Of a stretch of 64,000 bases of DNA, positions 39,974-48,819 are shown piece by piece. The stretch comes from an uncultured Chloroflexia bacterium (GTDB lineage Bacteria > Chloroflexota > Limnocylindria > Limnocylindrales > CSP1-4), in the NCBI GenBank assembly GCA_963752475.1, contig CAVVYR010000029.1, positions 160,001 to 224,000 on the forward strand, in the 5' to 3' direction. Each line of letters begins with the position of its first letter. The first letter of the stretch is position 1. The notes beneath the pieces were generated by a model, which was not told where the DNA came from, ran no database searches, and saw only the letters and a list, made by a program, of their open reading frames with translations. The translations under genes and the position numbers were made by a program.

Positions 39974-41476
39974 TCACTCCTTGGTGGGCAGGTCGGCGGC
40001 CTGCGCAGTGGCGGCCTTGAGGCGGTCGAGCGTGGTCGCATAGCCGATGGCGACCATGACGTCGAACAGCGGCGGGGTGGCCTTGCGCCCGGTGATGGCC
40101 ACGCGGATGGCCATGAACAGGTCGCCCACCTTCCAACCATGCTCCTCGCACAGCGCTCGCAACGGTGCCTCCAGCCCCTCAGCCGTGAAGCCGTCGAAGC
40201 CCAGCTCCTCGATGACGCGGGCCGACTCGGCCAGTCCGCTCGCGGTCGTAGCCGGATCCCAGCGCTTCGGCACGAGGATGGCCGGATCTACGCTGAGGTC
40301 CTCGATGAAGACGAAGTCGAGCATGGGCCCGATGGCGTCGAGGCGCGGCAGGCGCTCGATGACCATGGGCAGCAGCGGCGCCACATCAGTCGCGGTGGGG
40401 ATGCGCACTCGGTGTCCCTCTGCCTCCGCGGCCTGCACGGCGCTCACGAGGAACGGCAGGGCGCGCTCGACCACGTCATCCGTCGGCAATCGGCGGATCC
40501 ACTGCCCGTTGAGCCACTCGAGGCGCTCGGCATCGAAGATCGCGCCTGACGGCTGGACACGGGCCAGATCGAAGCGCGACTCCAGGTCCTCGAGGCTGAA
40601 GAGGTCCTCGTCCTCGCCGCTGTTCCAACCGAGTAGTGCGAGGTGGTTGACGATGGCTTCCTTTATGTAGCCTTGCTCACGATAGATGTCAATCGCGGTC
40701 TGGCTCTTGCGCTTGGACATCTTGGAACGGTCGGGGTTGAGGATCAGCGGCAGGTGCGCGAACACCGGCGGCTCCGCGCCCAGGGCCCGGAACAGCAGCA
40801 CGTGCTTGGGCGTATTGGAGAGGTGGTCTTCGCCGCGGATGACGTGCGTGATGCCCATGGCCATGTCGTCGACGACGACCACGAAGTGGTAGAGCGGGCT
40901 CCCGTCCGAGCGAGCGATGACGAGGTCGCCGCCGAGCTGGGCGGTGTCGATGCTGACGTGGCCACGCACGAGGTCGTCGAACTCGACCGTGCCCTCACCG
41001 ATGCGGAAGCGGGTCACCGACTCGCGGCCCTCGGCGCGTTTGGCCTCGCGCTGGGCCTCGGTCAGGTCGGCGCAGCGGCCGATGTAGCCGGAGAGGTCGG
41101 GGTCGGCTTCCTTATCCGCCGCGCGCTCTTCGGCCGTGCAGAAGCAGGGGTAGGCCTTGTCCTCGGACAGCAGGCGCTCGATGGCATCGGCGTACAGCGC
41201 ACCGCGCTCGGACTGTCGATACGGACCGACATCCCCGCTCGCTGGGCGGCCGGCAAACTCGGGGCCCTCGTCCCACTCGAGGCCCAGCCAGTGCAAGCCG
41301 TCGAGGATATCCCGCTCGAACTCGACCGTCGAGCGGACCTTGTCCGTGTCCTCCAGCCGCAGCACGAACGTGCCGCCGGTCTGGCGTGCGAACAGGTAGT
41401 TGAAGAGGGCGGTCCGGGCCGTGCCGATGTGCAGGGGGCCGGTGGGGCTGGGCGCGATTCGGCAGCGCGTGGTCAT
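39974..41476 (-). CDS. gltX: Glutamate--tRNA ligase
   Basis: RIAPSPTGPLHIGT (HIGH), LEDTD, ITHVIRGEDH, KMSKR. Confidence 0.96.
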   Translation of the reverse strand: MTTRCRIAPSPTGPLHIGTARTALFNYLFARQTGGTFVLRLEDTDKVRSTVEFERDILDGLHWLGLEWDEGPEFAGRPASGDVGPYRQSERGALYADAIERLLSEDKAYPCFCTAEERAADKEADPDLSGYIGRCADLTEAQREAKRAEGRESVTRFRIGEGTVEFDDLVRGHVSIDTAQLGGDLVIARSDGSPLYHFVVVVDDMAMGITHVIRGEDHLSNTPKHVLLFRALGAEPPVFAHLPLILNPDRSKMSKRKSQTAIDIYREQGYIKEAIVNHLALLGWNSGEDEDLFSLEDLESRFDLARVQPSGAIFDAERLEWLNGQWIRRLPTDDVVERALPFLVSAVQAAEAEGHRVRIPTATDVAPLLPMVIERLPRLDAIGPMLDFVFIEDLSVDPAILVPKRWDPATTASGLAESARVIEELGFDGFTAEGLEAPLRALCEEHGWKVGDLFMAIRVAITGRKATPPLFDVMVAIGYATTLDRLKAATAQAADLPTKE

Positions 41477-42102
41477 GATCCGGGGTTCTCCTCTTCTTCG
41501 GCCGCGACCTTGCGTGCCTCGGCACCGGTCACTACCTGTGTCCCACGGTAGCGCCACACGCCCCGCGATGGAAGGTCATCGGTCCCGCGTCGGAAGTGCC
41601 GCCTGGCCGCCGCTGACCAGGCCGCACCACTCGACCGGTCGAAGACGTCGAAGTCGTCCGCTCGATCATCGTCGGGCTGTGCCTTCGATGGTGCCTGGGG
41701 ACGTGATCGCGAGCCGGGGCGGAAGTCCTCCCACCAGGGCACGTGCTCCGCCGACCAGGTCCGCGATCGTGGCGTCGACGAACGGGCACGCCGCCGGAAG
41801 CGGGTGGAGCGCGGCCGTCGAGGCTTGGCCTCGGCGTCGGCCCCGGTCGTTCGCCGCCGGTTGCCCGCGGCTCGCACGGGCCCTGGGGCATGGACCCGAT
41901 CCCACTCGCGGCGCCGGGCCGGATCGGAGAGCAGCTGGTAGGCCTCCTGCACCGCCAGGAACCGGATGTCGTCCCCGGAGCTGCCGTCCGGGTGGTACCG
42001 CTTGGCCAGCCGGCGGTGGGCGGCCTTGATCTGCTCGGGCGTGGCACCACGCAGGACGCCGAGCACGCGATAGGGGTCGAGAACCGGCTTGACGCGGGCC
42101 AT
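41473..42102 (-). CDS. J-domain protein with basic, Trp-rich C-terminal extension
   Basis: DPYRVLGV...IKAAHRRLAKRYHPD...QEAYQLLSDP. Confidence 0.85.
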   Translation of the reverse strand: MARVKPVLDPYRVLGVLRGATPEQIKAAHRRLAKRYHPDGSSGDDIRFLAVQEAYQLLSDPARRREWDRVHAPGPVRAAGNRRRTTGADAEAKPRRPRSTRFRRRARSSTPRSRTWSAEHVPWWEDFRPGSRSRPQAPSKAQPDDDRADDFDVFDRSSGAAWSAAARRHFRRGTDDLPSRGVWRYRGTQVVTGAEARKVAAEEEENPGS

Positions 42103-42124
42103 GGGTGGTTGCTCGTTAGCCTCG

Positions 42125-43303
42125 CTAGCCGTCCTGCTCCCGCCCGACCAGATCGAAGCTGGGCACGGCGGTGGCTGCCTCTTCCCCGTTGGGCGCGAAG
42201 GCGGTGGGGTGGTGATAGCCCGCGAGCATGCGCAGGTCACGCTCATCGAACAAGCCGATCTGGGCCAGGACCTCCACCGAGGTGGCCTTGACGGCCCGAC
42301 GTGACTGGTCCCCGTCCTCGATCTTGATGGCGATGCCACCAGCCTCGGTGCCCGCACCGGCGATCAGGCCGATGGCGCGGATGCCGTCTGCACCGGCCTT
42401 GGCCACCAGTCGTCCGGGGCGTCGACGCATGAGCTCCGTATCGAGGTTGTCGTAGGTGCCGCCGACCATCTCCGGCGAGCCGATCATGGCGTCGCGCACG
42501 CGCAGCAGCGCCGGCGCCGATCCAGCCTGTTCGTCTTCGACCGTGGGCCCCTCGGGATCGGCCAGCATGAGGTAGGCCCGAGCCATCTCCAGCAGCGAGA
42601 TCTCATACGTCAGCAGGCCGCAGTTGTCGGTCGCGACCTTCAACCCGTCGGGGTCTCGTGCCAGCAGGCGGGCGACCGTGTCGCGTACGGCCACTTGGCT
42701 GGGGTGCCTGGAATCGGCATAGTCGCCCACCGACCAGCCGGCGTAGGCGCTCATCAGGATCGATGCGGCGTGGAAGCCGGAGCACCCGTGGCGGACCGCC
42801 CCGGGCGTCTCACCGTCGCGCGCGAGGCGGGCCGCGGTCTGGACATCAGCCGGAGCGCCATCCGTGCCGCACTGCAGCAGGGCCTGGGTCACGCTGGCAC
42901 GGCGGAAGATGGCCTGCAGCGTGCGGACGTGCTTGTCCTCGCCGGTATGCGAGGCGCACATGATGGCCAGCTCGGACGCCGTCAGCTTGAGATCGTCAGC
43001 GGCGCCGGATTCGATGAGGGCCACGACGCCGAAGGGCTTCACCGTCGAGCGCATCATGACCTCGGTGGCTGGAGCACCGACCGCGTGGAGCACCTTGCCC
43101 TGGGCATCGACCTGCACGATGTGACCGCGGTGGCGGCTCTCCACGGTCGAGCCGCGGCGGACCTCCACGAGCACCGGCGGCGCCGAACCCTTGCGCGTTC
43201 GAGAGCTGCGCTTGCGCTTGCGGGGGGTGGCGGCCTCGGTTGCTTCTTCGGGCTCTGCAGCCGCGTCACTGCTGTCGCCCGGGAGGGCCGGTTGTTCAAG
43301 CAC
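42125..43303 (-). CDS. Rhizobium-type (class 3, asparaginase_II family) asparaginase homologue
   Basis: VESRHRG, RSTVKP, ASHTGE, CSG.H, DNC, AKAGADG, KIEDG; TACCAT 6 nt before GTG 43303. Confidence 0.85.
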   Translation of the reverse strand: MLEQPALPGDSSDAAAEPEEATEAATPRKRKRSSRTRKGSAPPVLVEVRRGSTVESRHRGHIVQVDAQGKVLHAVGAPATEVMMRSTVKPFGVVALIESGAADDLKLTASELAIMCASHTGEDKHVRTLQAIFRRASVTQALLQCGTDGAPADVQTAARLARDGETPGAVRHGCSGFHAASILMSAYAGWSVGDYADSRHPSQVAVRDTVARLLARDPDGLKVATDNCGLLTYEISLLEMARAYLMLADPEGPTVEDEQAGSAPALLRVRDAMIGSPEMVGGTYDNLDTELMRRRPGRLVAKAGADGIRAIGLIAGAGTEAGGIAIKIEDGDQSRRAVKATSVEVLAQIGLFDERDLRMLAGYHHPTAFAPNGEEAATAVPSFDLVGREQDG

Positions 43304-43393
43304 GACCCGATGGTATCGCGGGTGCGCCCGGCCGGTGTCGGGCGTGGGCCGTAGAATCGGGACTCGCCACCCTGACGCAGCCGGAGGCGGTCC

Positions 43394-44032
43394 GTGCCCG
43401 ACCAGCCCAACCTCTTCGTATCGAAGCATCCCGCGGTGCTCCACAAACTCGCGCTCCTGCGCGACGAGCGCACCGAGCCCAAGAAGTTCCGCGAGCTGGT
43501 CCGTGAGATCAGCTGGCTCGTGGGCTACGAAGCGCTCGCCGACACGCCCCTCAACGAGTTCGAGGTCAACACGCCGTTAGAGGTGACCACCGGTCACGCG
43601 CTGGCCGAGCGCATCGGGCTTGTGCCCATCCTGCGCGCGGGCCTGGGCATGGTCGGCGCCTTCCTCGAGCTCTTCCCCGAGTCACAGGTCTGGCACCTCG
43701 GCCTCTTCCGCGACGAGCGCACGCTGCGACCTGTCGAGTACTACAACAAGCTGCCCGACCAGACCACGGTCGACACCTGCCTCATCCTCGATCCCATGCT
43801 GGCCACCGGCGGCTCCGCCACCGCGGCCATCGAGGTGCTCAAGGAGTGGGGCGCGAAGCGCATCAAGATGGTCAACCTCATCGCCGCCCCCGAGGGTGTG
43901 GCCGCGGTCGCCGAGGCCCACCCCGACGTGGCCATGTACTGCGCCGCGCTCGATCGCCAGCTCAACGAGAAGGGCTACATCCAGCCTGGTCTCGGTGACG
44001 CCGGCGACCGCCAGTTCGGTACCGGCCTCTAG
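43394..44032 (+). CDS. upp: Uracil phosphoribosyltransferase
   Basis: [28 protein letters not shown]. Confidence 0.97.
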   Translation: MPDQPNLFVSKHPAVLHKLALLRDERTEPKKFRELVREISWLVGYEALADTPLNEFEVNTPLEVTTGHALAERIGLVPILRAGLGMVGAFLELFPESQVWHLGLFRDERTLRPVEYYNKLPDQTTVDTCLILDPMLATGGSATAAIEVLKEWGAKRIKMVNLIAAPEGVAAVAEAHPDVAMYCAALDRQLNEKGYIQPGLGDAGDRQFGTGL

Positions 44033-44057
44033 CGATCCCGACGAGGCGGCGACACAC

Positions 44058-45008
44058 ATGACCCGCGATCCGCGTCCCGCGCTGCTCTGCATCACGCCGG
44101 CACCGGCCATCGACCGGACCGCGCACGTCGAGCGCATCGAGCATGACGAGGTGCTTCGTCCCCGCGAGATGTTCGTGCTGCCCGGTGGCAAGGGCGTCAA
44201 CGCTGCTCGAGCCGCCGTGGCCCTTGGCGGACGGGCCGTCACCACCGGCATCGCCGGCGGACACTCCGGCCGCTGGATCGTGGAGTCGCTGTCCGAGGAG
44301 GGCCTCGAGCCGCATTGGTCATTCGCCAAGGCAGAGGCCCGAACGGCCTACGTGGTCGTCGATGAGACCGGCGAGTTCGTGCTCGTCTACGAACGCGCCA
44401 CGCCGGCCACGCTGGGTGAGTACGAGGCCTTCCTGCGGCTGCTCGAGGAGCGGTTGCTGCCGGCATCCGCCCGCGCCATCGTCGCGGGCTCCATCCCCTC
44501 GGGTCTGCCGCCGGGCAGCCATGGCGCCATCGTCGAGGCCGCCCGTCGAGCCGGCGTACCGCTGCTTGTGGATGCCTCCGCCGCAGGGCTGCTGTCGGCG
44601 CTCGAGGCGGGTCCGGACGTGGTCAAGGTCGGTCGCATCGAGGTCGTGGAGGCCGGGATCGTCGGCACCGAGGCCTCGGCTGCTGACGCCGCGATGGCAC
44701 TCGTCGATGGCGGCGCCCGGCTGGGCATCGTGACCGATGGGGCACGGGAGGTGGCCGCCGCAGCTGCCGAGACCGTATGGCGCCTGGGCGTGCCTCGGAT
44801 CGAGGTGGTCAACCCGGTGGGCTCGGGTGACAGCTTCAATGCCGCCTTCTCTCTGGCGCTGATGGATGGCGCCGAGCTCACCACCGCCCTGGTGAAGGGT
44901 GTCGCCGCCGGCACCGCCAATGCCTTGACCAAGAGCGCCGGCTCGCCGGACCCGCAGACCGCCGCCGCGTTCGAGGATGGTGTGACCGTCAGCACGGAGC
45001 AGAGGTAG
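44058..45008 (+). CDS. PfkB family sugar kinase (1-phosphofructokinase/LacC-like)
   Basis: PAIDRT, GGKGVN, AGSIP, NPVGSGDSF. Confidence 0.88.
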   Translation: MTRDPRPALLCITPAPAIDRTAHVERIEHDEVLRPREMFVLPGGKGVNAARAAVALGGRAVTTGIAGGHSGRWIVESLSEEGLEPHWSFAKAEARTAYVVVDETGEFVLVYERATPATLGEYEAFLRLLEERLLPASARAIVAGSIPSGLPPGSHGAIVEAARRAGVPLLVDASAAGLLSALEAGPDVVKVGRIEVVEAGIVGTEASAADAAMALVDGGARLGIVTDGAREVAAAAAETVWRLGVPRIEVVNPVGSGDSFNAAFSLALMDGAELTTALVKGVAAGTANALTKSAGSPDPQTAAAFEDGVTVSTEQR

Positions 45009-45015
45009 CCCAGAC

Positions 45016-45819
45016 ATGGACCGATTGATCGGCCGGGGAATCATCGTCACCGGCGCCACCGGCATCGCGGCCGCCTCGGCGCGCCGGTTCGCGGCCGAGG
45101 GTGCGACCGTGGCCGTCATCTCGCGCACGGCGTCCTCGTGCGAGGCGCTGGCCGAGGAGATCAGCGCGTCCGGCGGCCGGGCCTACGCCTTCAGCGCCGA
45201 CCTCATCGACGTTCCTGCCGCGATCGGGGCGGTCCAGGCCGCGATCGGGGCGCTGGGGCGCGTGGACGGGCTCTTCAACGTGGCCGGTGGCTCCGGACGA
45301 CGGATGGGCGACGGACCCCTGCACGAGCTCACGACCGAGGCGTACGAAGCCACCATGCGGTTGAACGCCACGACCCACGTGACCGTCAGCGCGCCCGTGC
45401 TGCGGGCGATGATGGCGCAGGAGCCCGATGGTGACGGCTCACGTGGCGCCATCGTCAACATGGGCTCTGTGCTCGCCACACAGCCGGTCCCGGAGCTCTT
45501 CGCCACCCACGCCTATGCCACGTCGAAGGGGGCCGTGGCGGCTCTCACCACCACCAGCGCGGCCTACTACGCGCCGCGTGGCATCCGTATCAACATGGTC
45601 GCGCCGGCGCTGACGATCTCGCGCATGTCGGAGCGCGCGCAGGCGGACGCAGCCACGCAGGACTTCTCCACACGGAAGCAGCCCCTCGCGGGCGGCTTCA
45701 TCGCGGCCGAGGACGTGGCCGAGGCCGCGCTCTACCTGCTCTCGGCCGAATCGCGGGCCGTGACCGGACAGACGATCACCATCGACGGCGGCTGGTCGGT
45801 GCTCCCCATCGGCGAGTAG
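45016..45819 (+). CDS. Short-chain dehydrogenase/reductase
   Basis: VTGATGI, NVAG, YATSK, VTGQTITIDGG. Confidence 0.9.
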   Translation: MDRLIGRGIIVTGATGIAAASARRFAAEGATVAVISRTASSCEALAEEISASGGRAYAFSADLIDVPAAIGAVQAAIGALGRVDGLFNVAGGSGRRMGDGPLHELTTEAYEATMRLNATTHVTVSAPVLRAMMAQEPDGDGSRGAIVNMGSVLATQPVPELFATHAYATSKGAVAALTTTSAAYYAPRGIRINMVAPALTISRMSERAQADAATQDFSTRKQPLAGGFIAAEDVAEAALYLLSAESRAVTGQTITIDGGWSVLPIGE

Positions 45820-45960
45820 GCAGCGGCGGCGAGTGAGCACGCCAGCGGCGAGTGGTCGTGCTCCCCATCGGCGAGTCGGCAGCGCCAGCGGGGCGCGACA
45901 CTGCTGGAGCGACGAGTGGTCGGTGCCACCGGCGAGTAGGCAGCGCCAGCGGCGAGTGGG
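45793..45960 (+). repeat. Three degenerate copies of the SDR 3' end (60/64-bp period)
   Basis: TGGTCG(G)TGCTCCCCATCGGCGAGTAGGCAGCG-like units start at 45793, 45853 and 45917. Confidence 0.75.
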
Positions 45961-46257
45961 CGTGGGCACGTGTCGCCTCAGTCGACGTTGGGCTGACACC
46001 GCCGGGCAGACTACTGTCCTCGGTGGCCGGATGTAGTCCGACGTCGCCCCCAGCGACGCTATCTGCTGATCCAGCTGGTTCCTGTGGACTCTTGTCGCCT
46101 CAGTCGACGGTAGGCCAACGCGGCCACCCGAATCACCGTGCCTGAAGCCTCCAAAGCTCGCAGCTATGCCCATCTACGCTCCAGATCGACGGCCGACAGG
46201 CTTGGCGGTGACTACGAGCAGGTCTACCGTCGACTCCAGCGACGGGTGTCCACAAGG

Positions 46258-46515
46258 GCGACGCCCAGCACGCGCCTACCCGACGCCTGGCACACGCCCA
46301 CCGATGCCTGGCACACGCCCACCGATGCCTGGCACACGCCCACCGACGCCTGGCACACGCCCACCGACGCCTGGCATACGCCCACCGATGCCCGGCACAC
46401 GCCCACCGAGCCCGGCACACGCCCACCGACGCCCAGCACACGCCCACCCGGTTCTTGGCAGGCGCTCGACGAAGCGCGCCTACCCAACGCCTTGGCACGC
46501 GCCTACCCGACGCTC
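46258..46515. repeat. 21-bp tandem repeat (minisatellite/VNTR)
   Basis: Eight CCGA(C/T)GCC(T/C)GGCACACGCCCA-like units at 46280-46446 (one is 20 bp), with degenerate copies on both sides. Confidence 0.92.
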
Positions 46516-46644
46516 GTGCCCACTCGACGCCTCCGGCCTCCGGTGGACGCCGATGCCCCGCCCCCGGCCTTCGGCGGTCGCCGGTCCTAAGCCATCCGCC
46601 ACGAGCGACACACGAGCTCGGACCACCCGGCAGGCCAGCGGCAT

Positions 46645-46680
46645 GGCGAAGGGCCGGCCCAGAAGGACCGGCCCTTGCCG
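46645..46680 (-). terminator. Stem-loop downstream of the ABC substrate-binding gene
   Basis: AAGGGCCGGTCC-TTCT-GGGCCGGCCCTT on the minus strand. Confidence 0.6.
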
Positions 46681-46716
46681 TTCAAGCTTGGTGCGACCCG
46701 AGGCCGCCGGTAGCGA

Positions 46717-47814
46717 CTACTCGCCGCCGGGGGTCACCTCGACCTCGCCCTTGACGTAGTCGAGACCGAAGAGGTCGACATCGTCACCGACGAGCGCCCA
46801 GGCTGCCTCGGTGAGGTCGCTGCGCTGCTCATCTCCACCCGGAGCCTCGCTGATGAGGCCCGCGTCGAGCATGATCTCGATGGTCGTGTCGTAGGTGTCC
46901 TGTGGCAGCGAACCGATGCCGTCGGGAGACGGCCAGATGAGCGCGTTGATCTCGTTCATCATCCAGCGCTGGTGGCCCAGACCAAGGGTCGAGCCGGCGT
47001 CGACGGTGAACTGCACGCACTCCTCGGGGTTGTCGCGGCAGAAGGCCCAGCCCTTGAACACGCCGGCCAGGAACCTGGTCGCGATGTCCTCATTGCCCTC
47101 CTCCGCGAGCCAGCTGGCACGCGCGTGGACGGCGTCCTGGAGCATGGCCGTGCCGACCTCGTTGTAGTCGATGACCACGAGATCTTCGGGCTGGTACAGC
47201 TCACCGGTGTCGGGGTTCACCGTCTCGAGCACCTGCGCGTACTCGTTGTAGGTCATGGCCTCGGCTGCGTCGACCTCGCGGTTCAGGAGCAGCGACATGT
47301 CGAACGGCTGGATGACCTTCTCGAAGTCCTCGCCCGGCTCCAGGCCTGCCGCCCGCGCCGCCGCGGTCACCTCGAACTCGTTGCCGAAGTCCCAGACGCC
47401 GATCTTCTTGCCGGCGAACTCCTCGGGAGAGTTGACAGGAGCGTCGGCCCACGAGACCGAGAGCGTGCCCGAGCGCTGGAAGGTCTGGCCGATGTTGACC
47501 AGGTCCGAGCCCTCGTCGCGGACAGCCAGCACGCGCGGCACCCATGAGACGGCGAACTCGGGACCGGTCGGCAGGGAGCCCTCGACCTGCGGCGCGACGT
47601 CGGGACCACCGTCGACGATGGTGACGTCCAGGCCCTGCTCCTCCCAGAAGCCGAGTGCGTCAGCCGCGTAGTAGCCGGCGAACTGCGCCTGCGGCACCCA
47701 CTGGAGTACGACGCTCGCCGGCGTGAGGTCCTGTGCGGCGGCGCTGCCGATCGATGATGCGGCCAATAGACCTGCGGCTCCGATGGAGACGCCGACGTTC
47801 CGAGTCCTGCTCAT
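46717..47814 (-). CDS. ABC transporter substrate-binding protein (NMT1/THI5-like; pyrimidine-type)
   Basis: LQWVPQAQFAGYY, IGVWDFGNE, AMTYNEY, HQRWMMNE; signal peptide ending AAAQD. Confidence 0.88.
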   Translation of the reverse strand: MSRTRNVGVSIGAAGLLAASSIGSAAAQDLTPASVVLQWVPQAQFAGYYAADALGFWEEQGLDVTIVDGGPDVAPQVEGSLPTGPEFAVSWVPRVLAVRDEGSDLVNIGQTFQRSGTLSVSWADAPVNSPEEFAGKKIGVWDFGNEFEVTAAARAAGLEPGEDFEKVIQPFDMSLLLNREVDAAEAMTYNEYAQVLETVNPDTGELYQPEDLVVIDYNEVGTAMLQDAVHARASWLAEEGNEDIATRFLAGVFKGWAFCRDNPEECVQFTVDAGSTLGLGHQRWMMNEINALIWPSPDGIGSLPQDTYDTTIEIMLDAGLISEAPGGDEQRSDLTEAAWALVGDDVDLFGLDYVKGEVEVTPGGE

Positions 47815-47997
47815 TCGCCCACCTCTGCTACGGGTACACCCCTGACCCGCTATTCGGGCCGATGCCGGGTGCCCTCCTCGATTGGAAGGTGGAACCATAG
47901 CGCACAAACACGCAGTTATCGAGTGGGTATTGGGCTGCAGTCGGGTTGCATCGGCTCGGCCCACGGTTGCGTTCTCAAGCTCGTTTCGGGGCGTCCC

Positions 47998-48819
47998 CTA
48001 CTCGGGCTCGTCGTGGATGTGCCAGTACCAGGGGATCACAACACGCTCGATGAGCGTCACCGCGACGTAGGACAGGATGGCCGCGATCGCGCCGAGCAGG
48101 ATGGCGGCCCAGGCCACGTCGAACTTGCCGCTGCTGATGGACTGCAGCACGACGCGCCCGAGCACGTTCGAGGTGCCGCCGAAGAACTCGCCCACGATGG
48201 CGCCGATGAAGGCCAGCGTGGTGCCCACCTTCAGGGCCGTGAAGAAGAACGGCAGCATGTGTGGCACGCGCAGCTTGCGCATGACGGTGGTCTCGTCGGC
48301 CGCGTACGAGCGCATCAGCTCCAGCTTCGCCGGCCCGACCTCGACAAGGCCGCGGGTGACGTTGATGACGATGGGGAAGAAGACCAGCAGCGCCGCCATC
48401 ATCATCTTGGACAACGGGTTGAGCACGCCGAACCAGTTGTTGAGGATGGGCGCGACAGCGATGATCGGGATGGTCGAGGCGCCGATGGCCAGTGGCAGCA
48501 GGATGTCTCGGGCGATGGCCCAGCGCGAGGTCAGGAAGCCCACGATGAGCCCGGCCGCGGTGCCGATGACGAGGCCGCCGAGGGCTTCGAAGATGGTGGC
48601 CAAGGCCGAGGTCGAAAGCAGCTCCCACTCCTCGAAGAGAGCTGTCCAGATGGCCGATGGCGTGGGGATGGGGTTGAAGAAGCCGCCGTCCGCGTAGTAG
48701 ATCTCCCAGGCGATGAGCACGCCGATGAAGACCAGGACCGGCGGCGCCCAGTTGCGCAGTGCCTCGCTCAACGCGGGCGGCACGACGGAGCGGCCAGGCT
48801 GGCTCGCGGACGCGGTCAT
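47998..48819 (-). CDS. ABC transporter permease (TauC/SsuC-like)
   Basis: IPIIAVAP, FFPIVIN, LELMRSYAA, FFTALKV, GAIVGEF. Confidence 0.92.
   Translation of the reverse strand: MTASASQPGRSVVPPALSEALRNWAPPVLVFIGVLIAWEIYYADGGFFNPIPTPSAIWTALFEEWELLSTSALATIFEALGGLVIGTAAGLIVGFLTSRWAIARDILLPLAIGASTIPIIAVAPILNNWFGVLNPLSKMMMAALLVFFPIVINVTRGLVEVGPAKLELMRSYAADETTVMRKLRVPHMLPFFFTALKVGTTLAFIGAIVGEFFGGTSNVLGRVVLQSISSGKFDVAWAAILLGAIAAILSYVAVTLIERVVIPWYWHIHDEPE

Noticed and set aside
45793-45960. CRISPR-like geometry (about 60-bp period; GTGCTCCCC resembles the start of type I-E repeats)
   Set aside because: The repeat is the SDR coding end, lacks the closing palindromic arm, and is degenerate. The spacers share sequence with each other, and the window has no cas genes.
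46133-46759. ORFs across the 21-bp tandem repeat (WHTPTDA / WACARRR / PGTRPP repeats)
   Set aside because: Several frames are open only because the repeat has no stop codons. A 20-bp unit breaks the register and there is no convincing start signal.
47815-47997. Lower-GC 183-bp gap inside the ABC operon as a possible riboswitch
   Set aside because: I recognised no TPP, purine or other aptamer consensus. It more likely holds an internal promoter (TATGGT on the minus strand). An Rfam scan would settle it.
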